64,000 bases of DNA from Gemmatimonadaceae bacterium (GTDB taxonomy: Bacteria; Gemmatimonadota; Gemmatimonadetes; Gemmatimonadales; Gemmatimonadaceae): assembly GCA_051859245.1 (NCBI GenBank), contig JBHYGA010000004.1:964030-1028029 (forward strand), written 5' to 3'. A program made the translations under genes and the position numbers. The notes below the pieces were generated by a model, which was not told where the DNA came from, did no database searches, and saw only the letters and a list, made by a program, of their open reading frames with translations. This document shows, piece after piece, positions 1 through 9,268 of the stretch (positions are counted from its first letter, which is position 1; each line of letters starts with the position of its first letter).

Positions 1-14
1 CTTCGCGACAGACG

Positions 15-617
15 GTGTCAAACCCTGCGAACCAGATGACCATCCCGGCAACTCCCCTTGACTCACCGGACCGGGCAGACGAGCGCGATCTCATCGCGCG
101 GGTGCTGCTTGGAGACCGATCGGCGGCACGTGCGCTCTATGACGCGCACGTGAGTCGTGTGCACCGCGTGGTGTTCCGGTTGTGTGGAGACGCTGAGCTG
201 GCGGGTGAGTTCACGCAGGACACGTTCGTTCGCGCGTTTCAGCAGCTGGCCAAGTTTCGTGGGGAGTCGTCGTTCGCCACCTGGTTACATCGAGTGGCCG
301 TGACCACCGCAATGAACGGGCTGCGCAAGGTCAAGCGGATTCGTGATCGCGAAGTCGCGCTGGAGCACGCGGGTGAGATGGGCGCGTGGGAGCAGGGAGC
401 GGATCATGCGCTCAAGAAACGGTTGTTCGACGCGCTCGAAGCACTGCCCGAGTCACAACGCTGCACGCTGATTCTGCACGATCTTGAAGGTTATACACAT
501 CAGGAAATCGCAACCACGCTCGGTGTCGCCGAAGGCACCAGCAAATCTCGGCTCTTCATGGCGCGTTCGGCGCTTCGGCGCACGCTGGCAGACCTCGCGC
601 CGGATTTTCAACACTAG
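15..617 (+). CDS. ECF-type RNA polymerase sigma-70 factor
   Basis: 200 aa. Region 2 (AGEFTQDTFVRAF...FRGESSFATWLHRVA) and region 4 HTH (LHDLEGYTHQEIATTLGVAEGTSKSRL). Start is GTG 15 or ATG 36. Confidence 0.92.
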   Translation: MSNPANQMTIPATPLDSPDRADERDLIARVLLGDRSAARALYDAHVSRVHRVVFRLCGDAELAGEFTQDTFVRAFQQLAKFRGESSFATWLHRVAVTTAMNGLRKVKRIRDREVALEHAGEMGAWEQGADHALKKRLFDALEALPESQRCTLILHDLEGYTHQEIATTLGVAEGTSKSRLFMARSALRRTLADLAPDFQH

Positions 618-694
618 TGCCAGCACAACATCCGCCGCAGCACGTCTTGCGGTATTCGCTCCAACACTCGTTTGTACGCATGGCGTGGTAACGT

Positions 695-1333
695 ATGACA
701 ACACCTGAACTGAACGACGAACAACTGGATCAACTGCTGGCCACCGCGCGTGAATCGTGGCGGGTGCCGCACGCGACGGATCACGACGCACTCTGGTCGC
801 GCATTGAACACGAAGCGTTTGACGTGCCCGCCGCTGCGCCGAAGTCTGCGCCAGGCTGGCGTACGCTCACGTGGGTTGCGGCGGCGGCGCTGGTTGTTGG
901 AGCCGGCATTGGACGTTACTCAGCGCCCTCTGCGCCAGCGATCATGGTTGCGGAATCGACCGTTCCGGAGAACGTCGCTGACCGGCGCGACAATCCGTTG
1001 TTACTCACCACGTCGGAATACCTCGGCGAAACGTCAGCGCTGCTTGCGTCGCTGGAACGCGACGCGGATGACGGCGCGGTGAGTGCACGTTTTGCGTCTG
1101 ACGCGTCGTCACTGCTTTCCACTACGCGTTTGTTGATTGATGCACCTGCTGCGACCGATCCGGAACTGCGCGCACTGCTCAGCGATCTGGAGCTGGTGCT
1201 TGCTCAGATCGCGCGACTGCCAGCGCGTCGTGACAACGAAGAACTCGAGTTCATTAACGAAGCGATTCTGGCGCGCGATGTTGTGCCGCGCCTGCGCCTC
1301 GCTGCGATTGATTACGCACCACAAGGCAACTGA
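695..1333 (+). CDS. Putative single-pass membrane anti-sigma factor
   Basis: Directly follows the ECF sigma. Short N-terminal domain (LWSRIE), one TM helix (WVAAAALVVGAGIG), helical C-terminal domain. Function inferred from position and topology. Confidence 0.6.
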   Translation: MTTPELNDEQLDQLLATARESWRVPHATDHDALWSRIEHEAFDVPAAAPKSAPGWRTLTWVAAAALVVGAGIGRYSAPSAPAIMVAESTVPENVADRRDNPLLLTTSEYLGETSALLASLERDADDGAVSARFASDASSLLSTTRLLIDAPAATDPELRALLSDLELVLAQIARLPARRDNEELEFINEAILARDVVPRLRLAAIDYAPQGN

Positions 1334-1343
1334 GGAGTTGACC

Positions 1344-3074
1344 ATGACGACTGGCTCATTTCGTATCGATCGCACAATCTGTCGCGGAGCGCTGGTGCTG
1401 CTGGTCTCGGCTCCAGTGGCGCTGTCTGCGCAGCAAAGCGGTGGCGCATCACCACCTCGGCCGCCGGAGCGTCCGGTGCCGGCGGCAACTACGGCTCCAG
1501 CGCCTCGTCCGGCCAGATCACCACTCGGCAGGGCCGGTGTGCTCGCGCCGGACGACGAGCTCGCCTGGCAGCTTGAGCGCGAGCTCGCACGAGACCTGCG
1601 CCTCGACATGTTGATGTCAGACCAGATGCACGCCAGCGTGGCCATTGCCGGACGAGCGCACGCGGAAGCACTCGGTTCGGTGTATGCCGCAGAAGCCGCT
1701 GCTCATGCGGTGAGCGTGGCGGGGTTTGGCCAGCAGATCGCCGACCAAGCGCTCGCGGGCTCCCTGCAATACGCACCGTTCGCAGCGACGCAGGCTGGCA
1801 TGGCGCAACCTGCCATGGCACCTCCCGCGCCGTGGGCACAGGATGATCCGGCCGACTCACTGTATCGCGTGGCGCGCGAAGCGCTGAATCGTGGTGAGTA
1901 TCGACGTGCGTCGGAAGCGTTCCGTGATATTCCCGCGCGTTTCGCATCCTCACGGTATGCCTCCGATGCACTGTACTGGCAGGCGTTTGCACTCTATCGC
2001 ATTGGTGGTACCGAAGAGTTGCGGGCGGCGCGCGCCGTACTGCAATCGCAGACCTCCAAATACCCGAATGCACGCACCCAAGCGGACGCCGAAGCGTTGA
2101 GTACGCGCATTCTTGGTGCGCTGGCAACTCGCGGTGACACAGAAGCGCAGCAGGCGTTGCGCGCACGGCCTGCTGCGACCGGCAGCTCATGTGATGCGGA
2201 AGATCAGTCGGTGCGCGGTGAAGCGCTCAGTGCCGTCGTGCGCTCCAATCCAGAGCAATCACTGCCCACATTGCAGGCGGTGCTACAGCGTCGCGACGAT
2301 TGTTCGGCGTCGCTGCGACTGCGCGCGGTGACGTTGTTGCCGTCAACCAAAGACAAGTCGATGGAGAGCGTCCTCGTTGACGTCATCCGCAATGATCCTC
2401 GCAATGAAGTTCGCACGGCCGCAATGAGCACGCTGGCGCGTGAGCTCCCCGAGCAAGCGATTCCGATGCTCGAAGAGATGGTTCGCACGTCAACGGATGA
2501 AAAGGCGCAAGTATCTGCCGTCATGGCCCTTGGCTCGAGTGATCTGCCGCGTAGCCGACAGGCGCTGCGCTCAGTGATCGAGCGCAGCGGATCGCCGTAC
2601 ACAGTCCGCCGCGCGGCGATCAGCGCGTTCACGACGCGTTCACGAGTAACGCCAGAAGAAAGCGCGTGGCTGCGACTCATGCACGGTAGCATTAGCGACT
2701 CGCGTCTCAAGAGCTCAATCGTCAGTGCACTGGTTCGCATTGGCGGCGACGAGAACCAGCAGTGGCTGGCCGCCATGGTGCGCAACCCGTCAGAGTCGAT
2801 TGATATGCGCAATGCAGCGCTCGGCGCGATCAATACGTCGAAGACACCGATCGCAACGCTCGCGTCGCTTTACGACTCGTTGTCGGAACGCTCGCTGCGC
2901 GAACAGTTGGTGAGCTCGATGGGTCGTCGCACAGAACCGGAAGCCACCGATAAACTGCTCGACATCGCGCGCTCCGGCACCGATCCGAACTTGCGTCGTA
3001 TGGCCATCTCCGCGCTCTCAAAAAAGAATGACCCACGCACCACACGGTTGCTTCTGGAGATCATCAACAAATGA
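1344..3074 (+). CDS. Exported TPR-like + HEAT-repeat protein
   Basis: GAGGAG RBS before ATG 1344 (track start 1137 overlaps the upstream gene). Signal-like N-terminus, Pro-rich linker, TPR/BamD-like segment (LYRVAREALNRGEYRRASEAF...DALYWQAFALY), repeated HEAT units (e.g. LLDIARSGTDPNLRRMAISALS). Confidence 0.8.
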   Translation: MTTGSFRIDRTICRGALVLLVSAPVALSAQQSGGASPPRPPERPVPAATTAPAPRPARSPLGRAGVLAPDDELAWQLERELARDLRLDMLMSDQMHASVAIAGRAHAEALGSVYAAEAAAHAVSVAGFGQQIADQALAGSLQYAPFAATQAGMAQPAMAPPAPWAQDDPADSLYRVAREALNRGEYRRASEAFRDIPARFASSRYASDALYWQAFALYRIGGTEELRAARAVLQSQTSKYPNARTQADAEALSTRILGALATRGDTEAQQALRARPAATGSSCDAEDQSVRGEALSAVVRSNPEQSLPTLQAVLQRRDDCSASLRLRAVTLLPSTKDKSMESVLVDVIRNDPRNEVRTAAMSTLARELPEQAIPMLEEMVRTSTDEKAQVSAVMALGSSDLPRSRQALRSVIERSGSPYTVRRAAISAFTTRSRVTPEESAWLRLMHGSISDSRLKSSIVSALVRIGGDENQQWLAAMVRNPSESIDMRNAALGAINTSKTPIATLASLYDSLSERSLREQLVSSMGRRTEPEATDKLLDIARSGTDPNLRRMAISALSKKNDPRTTRLLLEIINK

Positions 3075-4384
3075 CTCGCCATGCGCGGTACCTCATGAAG
3101 GCGACGCTGTTGTTCGGCGTGCTGCTGCCCGCGCATCGTCCACTTGAAGCGCAGACACTCAGCGACCGAATTGCCGCAGCACCTGCGGGTTCGCTGCAAT
3201 TCAACTACGCCGCGCGTGCTGGTGTGTGCGGTGATGGTCGCAGCTGGTTCAGCACGGGGAACGGAAGCTGGTACGGCAGCGGCAGCACCCAGTTCATCAG
3301 CGTGAATACAAGTGTGAACACAACGGACGTCGCCTCACGCAGCGACTGTCAGACCGGGCCCGTGCGCGTTACGCTCGTTCGCATCGATCGCGAAGTGGTC
3401 GATGTTACCGTGCAGGTAGGACCACTCTCGCCTGATCCGCGAGTGCAGGATCTCGGCCAAGTGAGTGGCGCTGACGCCTCGGCGTATCTGCTGCAGCTCG
3501 TGGCGCGTAGCGATGGTAAACCGTCGCGCGCGTCGCTGATGCCAGCCATGTTGGCAGACGGCGCGCAGCCTGCCGCCGCGCTGCTCGCGATCGTTCGGGA
3601 TCGCGATCGACCGCGGGAAACACGCCGTTCCGCAATCTCCTGGTTGGCACGCGAGCCGGGCAACGCGAGTATCACGGACGCACTGCTCACTATTGCGCGT
3701 GACGCCGACGAGCAGCAGATCGTACGCGACGCCGCAATCAGTGCGGTGGCGCGCGTTGATGCGGCCCGTGCGATTACACCACTCGTGCAGATCGCACAGA
3801 ACGAATCCGATCCATGGGCTGCACAGCAGGCGATCGAAGCGCTGGGTCGGACCAGTGAGGCGGCCGCGCGCAGTGCGCTTCGTGAACTGCTCACGCGTGC
3901 CGAACTCTCGGATGCTGTGCGCGCGGCAGCTGTTACCGCGAGCATGCAGAACTTCGCGACCGCCGCCGACGCTGAGTTGTTGCGTTCACGTTTTGCGAGC
4001 ATGACAGGGGAGAAGTCGCGCGCCGCGACGGTGAGCGCATTGGCGTCAATGGGCGGTCGCACCAACGCGCAGTGGTTGCTCGGTGTGGCCGGTAACGCCG
4101 CGTTGTCTACAACGCAACGTCGTCAGGCGATTGCCATGAGTGACCGCGCCGGCGTGCCCGTGCGAGAGCTGGTGCAACTCTACGACAAGTTGGAAGCGCG
4201 CGATCTGCGTGAAGCGATGCTGACCGTGTTGGCGGCCGGTGGCACAGAAACGGGCACCACCAAGCTGTTGGAGATCGCGTCGCGCGACACCGATGTGCAG
4301 GTGCGCCGTCGTGCGATCAGTCTGCTTGCGCGCCGAGAGGAGCCGCGTGTGCAGAAAGCGTTGCAGGCGATGGTGACGAAGTAA
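3071..4384 (+). CDS. Exported HEAT-repeat protein
   Basis: ATGA overlap with the previous stop. Signal peptide (LEA-Q), N-terminal domain with two Cys, HEAT units (TRRSAISWLA, VRDAAISAVA, VRRRAISLLA). Confidence 0.8.
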   Translation: MTRHARYLMKATLLFGVLLPAHRPLEAQTLSDRIAAAPAGSLQFNYAARAGVCGDGRSWFSTGNGSWYGSGSTQFISVNTSVNTTDVASRSDCQTGPVRVTLVRIDREVVDVTVQVGPLSPDPRVQDLGQVSGADASAYLLQLVARSDGKPSRASLMPAMLADGAQPAAALLAIVRDRDRPRETRRSAISWLAREPGNASITDALLTIARDADEQQIVRDAAISAVARVDAARAITPLVQIAQNESDPWAAQQAIEALGRTSEAAARSALRELLTRAELSDAVRAAAVTASMQNFATAADAELLRSRFASMTGEKSRAATVSALASMGGRTNAQWLLGVAGNAALSTTQRRQAIAMSDRAGVPVRELVQLYDKLEARDLREAMLTVLAAGGTETGTTKLLEIASRDTDVQVRRRAISLLARREEPRVQKALQAMVTK

Positions 4385-4964
4385 GTGATGGTGTTTGCAT
4401 CACCGCACGCCAGCGCGCTTCCAGCACCACGATAGCCACGAGATAGAGCGCCACGATCACCGCGGGGATAACCACAAAGCGGTGATCCGGAAACAGGTAC
4501 CACGCGGCCAGAACCGACACCGTGCGCGCTGCACCGTGCGCGACGCCAATCCAGTGTTGCAGCACCCAGGAAATCGGTAGCCACATGAGTCCGCTCAGAA
4601 TCCCCACTGTGAGCGGCAACGACGTGTAGTCGGCCATGAAAAACGGAATCGCGATCGCGTACACCAGCAGCGACATGCCCACGGTGTACATGAAGAGCGC
4701 ATCAAACGCGTTCTTCGGACGCGAGCGATCGAGAAAGTTCTCGCCGGTGAACCTCGAGAGGAACATGCCGAGGTACGCGATCATTCCCGTGCCGATCCAC
4801 GTGGCCCACACCGCGCCTTGCGGGGAAAGTGTCGCGCCGGCAACGCCAACACCTGTCCAGGCGATCGTGCCAGCGAGCGGCATGGCGAGCAGTCGGCGGC
4901 GCTGATATTCGGCGCGCTGTTCGTCGAGGGAGCGTGGCGGGGAGATGCGTGGGATCGCGGACAT
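4317..4964 (-). CDS. Uncharacterised multi-pass membrane protein (DUF7010-like)
   Basis: 215 aa with about six hydrophobic helices (LAMPLAGTIAW..., GLMWLPISW...). Family assignment from recall only. Confidence 0.7.
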   Translation of the reverse strand: MSAIPRISPPRSLDEQRAEYQRRRLLAMPLAGTIAWTGVGVAGATLSPQGAVWATWIGTGMIAYLGMFLSRFTGENFLDRSRPKNAFDALFMYTVGMSLLVYAIAIPFFMADYTSLPLTVGILSGLMWLPISWVLQHWIGVAHGAARTVSVLAAWYLFPDHRFVVIPAVIVALYLVAIVVLEARWRAVMQTPSLTSSPSPATLSAHAAPLGAQAD

Positions 4965-5043
4965 GGCAGTCGTGGACTGAGGCGGGATGCGCAGATGGGC
5001 GCCGATTTTCTGACTACGAAGCCTAAGGTCTCAGGTTTCCGGG

Positions 5044-5072
5044 TTGACATTGAACGCGCGTTCAATGAGAGT
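5044..5072 (+). promoter_or_regulatory. Sigma70-like promoter with overlapping 20-bp palindromic operator candidate
   Basis: TTGACA (5044-5049), 17-nt spacer, GAGAGT (5067-5072). Perfect palindrome CATTGAACGCGCGTTCAATG at 5048-5067. Confidence 0.7.
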
Positions 5073-5122
5073 TCGGGGACAGGCCAGATGCTCGCATCGG
5101 TCGCGTTCCTTTGCCCGATCCG

Positions 5123-5737
5123 ATGCCCGGTCACAAAGCCCCCGAAGCCATTCGTAGAGATGAGATCCTGCGCGCCGCGTATCGCGTGGCCGCGAGGGAT
5201 CGGTTGGGCGGGCTGACCATCCGGAGCGTGGCCGCCGAGGCCGGCGTGAGCGCCGGTTTGCTGCTCTTTCATTTCGAATCGAAAGACGGCCTGCTCGTCG
5301 ATCTGCTGGACTGGATGCTCGCCCACACGATTGTGGCCGGCGAGCTCCATCGTCGTCCACCGTCCGATGCACAGCCCGTGCAGTGGCTGCTCGCCGTGGT
5401 CGAGCGCGATCTCGCACATTTGCTGAAACAACGCGAGCGCGTGGAGCTCTTCTACGACTACTGGGTACTGGGCACCAGGCACCCGGTGATTCGTCGACTG
5501 ATTCGTCGCGCACTGCATCGTTATCGCGATGCGTTTCGCCCCGCTGCTGACGCCATCATCGCGGCATACCCCGAACGATATCGCGGCGTTTCTGCAGATG
5601 ATCTGGCAGGCGTCTGTGCCGCATTTATCGAGGGGTGTGCAACGCAAACAATTCTGGATCCCGCACGTTTCGATGCGGTGCGCGCTATGGCGACACTGCA
5701 GGCGCTCGTATTACCACCCGCCACGGTGGTGTCATGA
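5123..5737 (+). CDS. TetR/AcrR family regulator (BetI-like)
   Basis: N-terminal HTH (RRDEILRAAYRV...LTIRSVAAEAGVSAGLLLFHFESKDGLL). ATG at 5123 preferred over TTG 5111. Confidence 0.9.
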   Translation: MPGHKAPEAIRRDEILRAAYRVAARDRLGGLTIRSVAAEAGVSAGLLLFHFESKDGLLVDLLDWMLAHTIVAGELHRRPPSDAQPVQWLLAVVERDLAHLLKQRERVELFYDYWVLGTRHPVIRRLIRRALHRYRDAFRPAADAIIAAYPERYRGVSADDLAGVCAAFIEGCATQTILDPARFDAVRAMATLQALVLPPATVVS

Positions 5738-5852
5738 ACGCTTCAACCGATCGTCTCTTCTGCGCGTATCGCTTTGCTGCGGTGTGTCGCGACACACGTG
5801 CATTACGCACGCACAAACGCTGTAATTCACCTGTTCCCAAGGGCTGACCAGA

Positions 5853-7055
5853 GTGCCGTTGTCCAGTTCCACACACAACTCCAACTCGGCGAATGCTGTC
5901 GCCGCTACATCGCCGACCAACGCCGAACCCGCGCCGCATGCGCACGGCCACGACGATACCGTGTACCCCGGCAAAGCGCTGTTCATTGCCATGCACGTGG
6001 CGTGTTTTGCGGCGATCTGGACTGGTGTCACGGCGTCCGCCGTTGCGCTTGCGATTACGCTGTACGTGGTGCGCATGTTCGGCGTCACCGCAGGATATCA
6101 TCGGTACTTCTCGCATCGCACGTTCAAGACCAGTCGCGTGATGCAGTTCCTGCTGGCGTTTCTCGCGCAAACCACGGCGCAAAAAGGCACGCTCTGGTGG
6201 GCCGCGCACCACCGGCATCATCATCGCCACAGCGACACCGAAAACGATGTACATTCGCCGCTGCACGGTGGCTTCTGGCATTCGCACCTCGGCTGGATTT
6301 TCGAACCGCGGTGGGACAAGACAAACTTTGACGCCGTACCCGATCTCACGGCGTATCCGGAACTCGTGTGGCTGAACAAGTACGAGCATGTGCCAACGGT
6401 GGCGTTGATGGCGCTCTGCTTCTGGATCGAAAGCTGGACAGGACTCGTGGTTGGATTTGTGTGGAGCACGGTGGCCACCTGGCACGGCACGTTCATGATC
6501 AACTCACTCGCGCACGTGAGCGGCAAGCAGCGCTACGTGACGGGTGACGACTCACGCAACAACTGGTGGCTCGCGATCATCACGCTCGGCGAGGGCTGGC
6601 ACAACAATCACCATGCGTATCAGCGCTCTACGCGTCAGGGATTTCGCTGGTACGAGTTTGATCCCACGTTCTATGTGTTGCGTGCGATGTCATGGGCTGG
6701 ACTCGTGTGGGATCTTGGTGCTCCGCCTGAAGAAGTGGTGCGCAACGAGCGCCCGGTTGGCAAAGCCGTGCTCGAGAAAGTCGCGCGTCAGTTAGCCGCG
6801 TCATTCAACGTGGAGCAGATGGTGGCCGATGCGCGTGCGCACGCGGGCGACGCGATCGCGCACATGCGTGGGCAGATGCACGACGCCATGTCGCACGTGC
6901 ACTGGCCCACGTTCCCAACACGAGATGAACTGAAGGCGCGTGCGCAGGCCATGCTGCCCACCACGCCTTCTCTCGACGCCATCGCTGAGCGGGCTCACGA
7001 ATTATTGGCGGAGCGTGTCGCCGAGCGCTTGGGCCGCACCAGCGCGACGGCCTGA
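5853..7055 (+). CDS. Delta-9-type acyl-CoA/fatty acid desaturase
   Basis: Three His boxes (HRYFSH, HRHHH, HNNHH), the GEGWHNNHH motif, TM segments and a helical C-terminal extension. Confidence 0.93.
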   Translation: MPLSSSTHNSNSANAVAATSPTNAEPAPHAHGHDDTVYPGKALFIAMHVACFAAIWTGVTASAVALAITLYVVRMFGVTAGYHRYFSHRTFKTSRVMQFLLAFLAQTTAQKGTLWWAAHHRHHHRHSDTENDVHSPLHGGFWHSHLGWIFEPRWDKTNFDAVPDLTAYPELVWLNKYEHVPTVALMALCFWIESWTGLVVGFVWSTVATWHGTFMINSLAHVSGKQRYVTGDDSRNNWWLAIITLGEGWHNNHHAYQRSTRQGFRWYEFDPTFYVLRAMSWAGLVWDLGAPPEEVVRNERPVGKAVLEKVARQLAASFNVEQMVADARAHAGDAIAHMRGQMHDAMSHVHWPTFPTRDELKARAQAMLPTTPSLDAIAERAHELLAERVAERLGRTSATA

Positions 7056-7057
7056 GT

Positions 7058-7176
7058 TCTTCTTAGTGCTGGGGCACCGGCGGGCGGGAAGGACACGAAT
7101 CAGCATCAGTTGCTGTTTTTGTGTCCTTCGTGCCTTCGTGTCCTTCCCGCCGCAGTTCCCTCAGCATTAGGCGCAC
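7058..7176. repeat. Degenerate, internally deleted copy of palindromic element family A
   Basis: Right arm TTCGTGTCCTTCCCGCCGCAGTTCCCTCAGCATTAGGCGCAC matches the copies at 39581 and 52106. Left arm is decayed (GCGGGAAGGACACGAA retained). Confidence 0.8.
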
Positions 7177-7244
7177 ATGCGCCGCAACGACCGGACTACC
7201 GTGCCCGGAAAACAGCTGGGACAAAACGGATTTTCAGGGACCAA

Positions 7245-7278
7245 ACGTTCAGTCTTGACTGAACGTACTGAACGTACT
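7245..7278 (+). promoter_or_regulatory. Operator candidate for GbsR/MarR-type regulator
   Basis: Perfect inverted repeat ACGTTCAGTC-TT-GACTGAACGT (7245-7266) plus a tandem extra half-site ACTGAACGT. Overlaps a TTGACT -35-like hexamer just upstream of ATG 7290. Confidence 0.7.
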
Positions 7279-7289
7279 AATCATTCAAA

Positions 7290-7784
7290 ATGAACAAATC
7301 TGACGAACAGCTCGAAAAACGCGCCCGCATTGTCGAAACGATGGGGCTGTTGACCGAATCCGAGGGCATGTCACGCATTATGGGTCGGATCTTCGGGCTC
7401 ATGCTGATTAGCGAGGATTCGCTCTCGCTCGATGATATGGCCGCGAAACTCGGGGTATCCAAAGCGTCGATCAGCACCGACGCCAGACGACTAGAGCACA
7501 TGGGATTTCTGGTGCGCGTCAGCCGGCCGGGCGATCGGAGGGACTACTACGAGCTCGCCTCGGACTTCATGCTGCGCTCAATGCGACGTCAGGTCGAACG
7601 CATCCGCAAGCTGCGCGATGCCATGCATGACGCGCAGTCGGGACTGATCGCGCCCGCGCGCATTCAGAAACGGCTGCGCGACTTCGAGGCGGTTTTTGAG
7701 ACAGGAATCGGATCGCTGGAGCGGGATCTCGAAGCGCTGGAAGCCGGTGAACAACCGAACAAGAAAAAACGACACTCTCCCTGA
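7290..7784 (+). CDS. GbsR/MarR family transcriptional regulator
   Basis: GMSRIMGRIFGLMLI...LSLDDMAAKLGVSKASISTDARRLE...PGDRRDYY is a typical GbsR-like winged HTH. Confidence 0.88.
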   Translation: MNKSDEQLEKRARIVETMGLLTESEGMSRIMGRIFGLMLISEDSLSLDDMAAKLGVSKASISTDARRLEHMGFLVRVSRPGDRRDYYELASDFMLRSMRRQVERIRKLRDAMHDAQSGLIAPARIQKRLRDFEAVFETGIGSLERDLEALEAGEQPNKKKRHSP

Positions 7785-7795
7785 GTTCTATAGCT

Positions 7796-9262
7796 ATGTC
7801 TTCTCGCATCACGATCGCACTGCTCTGCAGTGTGATCGCGCCGGCCGCCTTGTTTGCCCAAAGCACACCGCGCGCACAATCAACTGACACGGTTCGTCTG
7901 TCGATCGAACTCGCGCTGGAACGCGTGACGGGCGAATCGGAAGAAGTGCGTCTCGCACGCAGCGGCGTGCAGATGGCCGACGCGCAGGTCAAAGCCGCCG
8001 TTGCGTCCGCGTTGCCACAACTTGATGGCAACGCCACGTACACGCGCACGTTCGCCACACCATTTGCCGTGCGCTCCGCACCAACACCCGACTCGCTGCA
8101 GTTCAATCCGGATCCGTCGCTACCGTTGGCCGATCGTGTGGCCTATCTGGAGCAGAACGCCGATCTGGCCGGTCTCGGCGGACTCGGGGCGCTGTTTGGT
8201 AACCTGCCCTTTGGTCAGGCAAACACGTACATCGCATCACTGTCCCTTTCGCAGCCGCTGTACACCGCCGGCCGTGTTGGTGCCGCACTCAAGATCGCGC
8301 GCGAATATAAGGCCGCGTCGGAGTACGAGCTGACAGAGCAGATGGCAGAAGCCGAGCGCAACGTGCGTCGCGCGTATTTCACCGCGCTGCTTGCCCAGGA
8401 ACTCGAACGAATTGCAGATACATCACTTTCGCAGGCCACGCAGTTCCGCGATGTCGTTCGCTTGCAGCTCGAGGCCGGACAAGCGTCGGAGCTCGACCTG
8501 CTACGCGCGGAGGTCTCCCTCGAGAACCTGCAGCCACAGCTCGTCGCCGCGCGTAACTCAGCGTCTCTGGCGCTGCTCGAACTCAAGCGACTGGTGAACC
8601 TGAGTGTGGACACGCCGCTGCAGCTCACGACAACACTCGCCGTGTCCAATGCACAATTGGCCGAAGCCGCACGCGGAGGAGATCCGGGTCTCCTCATGGA
8701 TCGCGCGGCCATGCGCGTGGCCGAACGCACCGTCAAGATCCGCGAGTCGCAGCTCGATATCGCCAGTAAAGCGTGGCTGCCGTCGCTCGACTTTCGCATG
8801 GCGTACGGCCGACAGATTTTTCCGTCCACGGTGTTTGGGTTCAACAGCACCCCATGGCGAACCGACTGGACGGCGTCACTGGCGCTGACCGTGCCAATCT
8901 TTGACGGTTTCCGCCGCAACTCGGAGAAGGCGCAGGCGCAGATCACGCTCGATCAGGAGCGCCTGCGACTCTCGCAACTCGGTGAATCGCTACGCCTGCA
9001 GTATGAGCAGGCGATTGGCGAACGCCAGCGCGCCGCGTCGGCCATTGCTGCACGCGCTCGCACGGTGGAGCAAGCAGATCGCGTGTATTCCCTCACCGTC
9101 CTGCGGTTTGAGCGCGGATTGTCCACGCAACTTGAAGTGTCCGACGCGCGTCTCGCGCTTTTGCAGGCTCGAACCAACTACGCCCAGTCTGTGGCTGACC
9201 TGCTGCTCGCCGACGCCGATGTCGCGCGTGCGCTCGCCGGTACCGCTGGACGCAACCGATAG
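7796..9262 (+). CDS. TolC family outer membrane efflux protein
   Basis: Signal peptide, two OEP repeats (LEAGQASELDLLRAEV; FERGLSTQLEVSDAR), upstream of MFP and RND genes. Confidence 0.9.
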   Translation: MSSRITIALLCSVIAPAALFAQSTPRAQSTDTVRLSIELALERVTGESEEVRLARSGVQMADAQVKAAVASALPQLDGNATYTRTFATPFAVRSAPTPDSLQFNPDPSLPLADRVAYLEQNADLAGLGGLGALFGNLPFGQANTYIASLSLSQPLYTAGRVGAALKIAREYKAASEYELTEQMAEAERNVRRAYFTALLAQELERIADTSLSQATQFRDVVRLQLEAGQASELDLLRAEVSLENLQPQLVAARNSASLALLELKRLVNLSVDTPLQLTTTLAVSNAQLAEAARGGDPGLLMDRAAMRVAERTVKIRESQLDIASKAWLPSLDFRMAYGRQIFPSTVFGFNSTPWRTDWTASLALTVPIFDGFRRNSEKAQAQITLDQERLRLSQLGESLRLQYEQAIGERQRAASAIAARARTVEQADRVYSLTVLRFERGLSTQLEVSDARLALLQARTNYAQSVADLLLADADVARALAGTAGRNR

Positions 9263-9268
9263 ATCTTT

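Noticed and set aside
1137..1343. Track N-terminal extensions (also 25604, 28916, 32055, 43026, 54955, 57674)
   Set aside because: They overlap neighbouring genes, promoters or terminators. Downstream starts fit RBS, signal peptides or family N-termini better.
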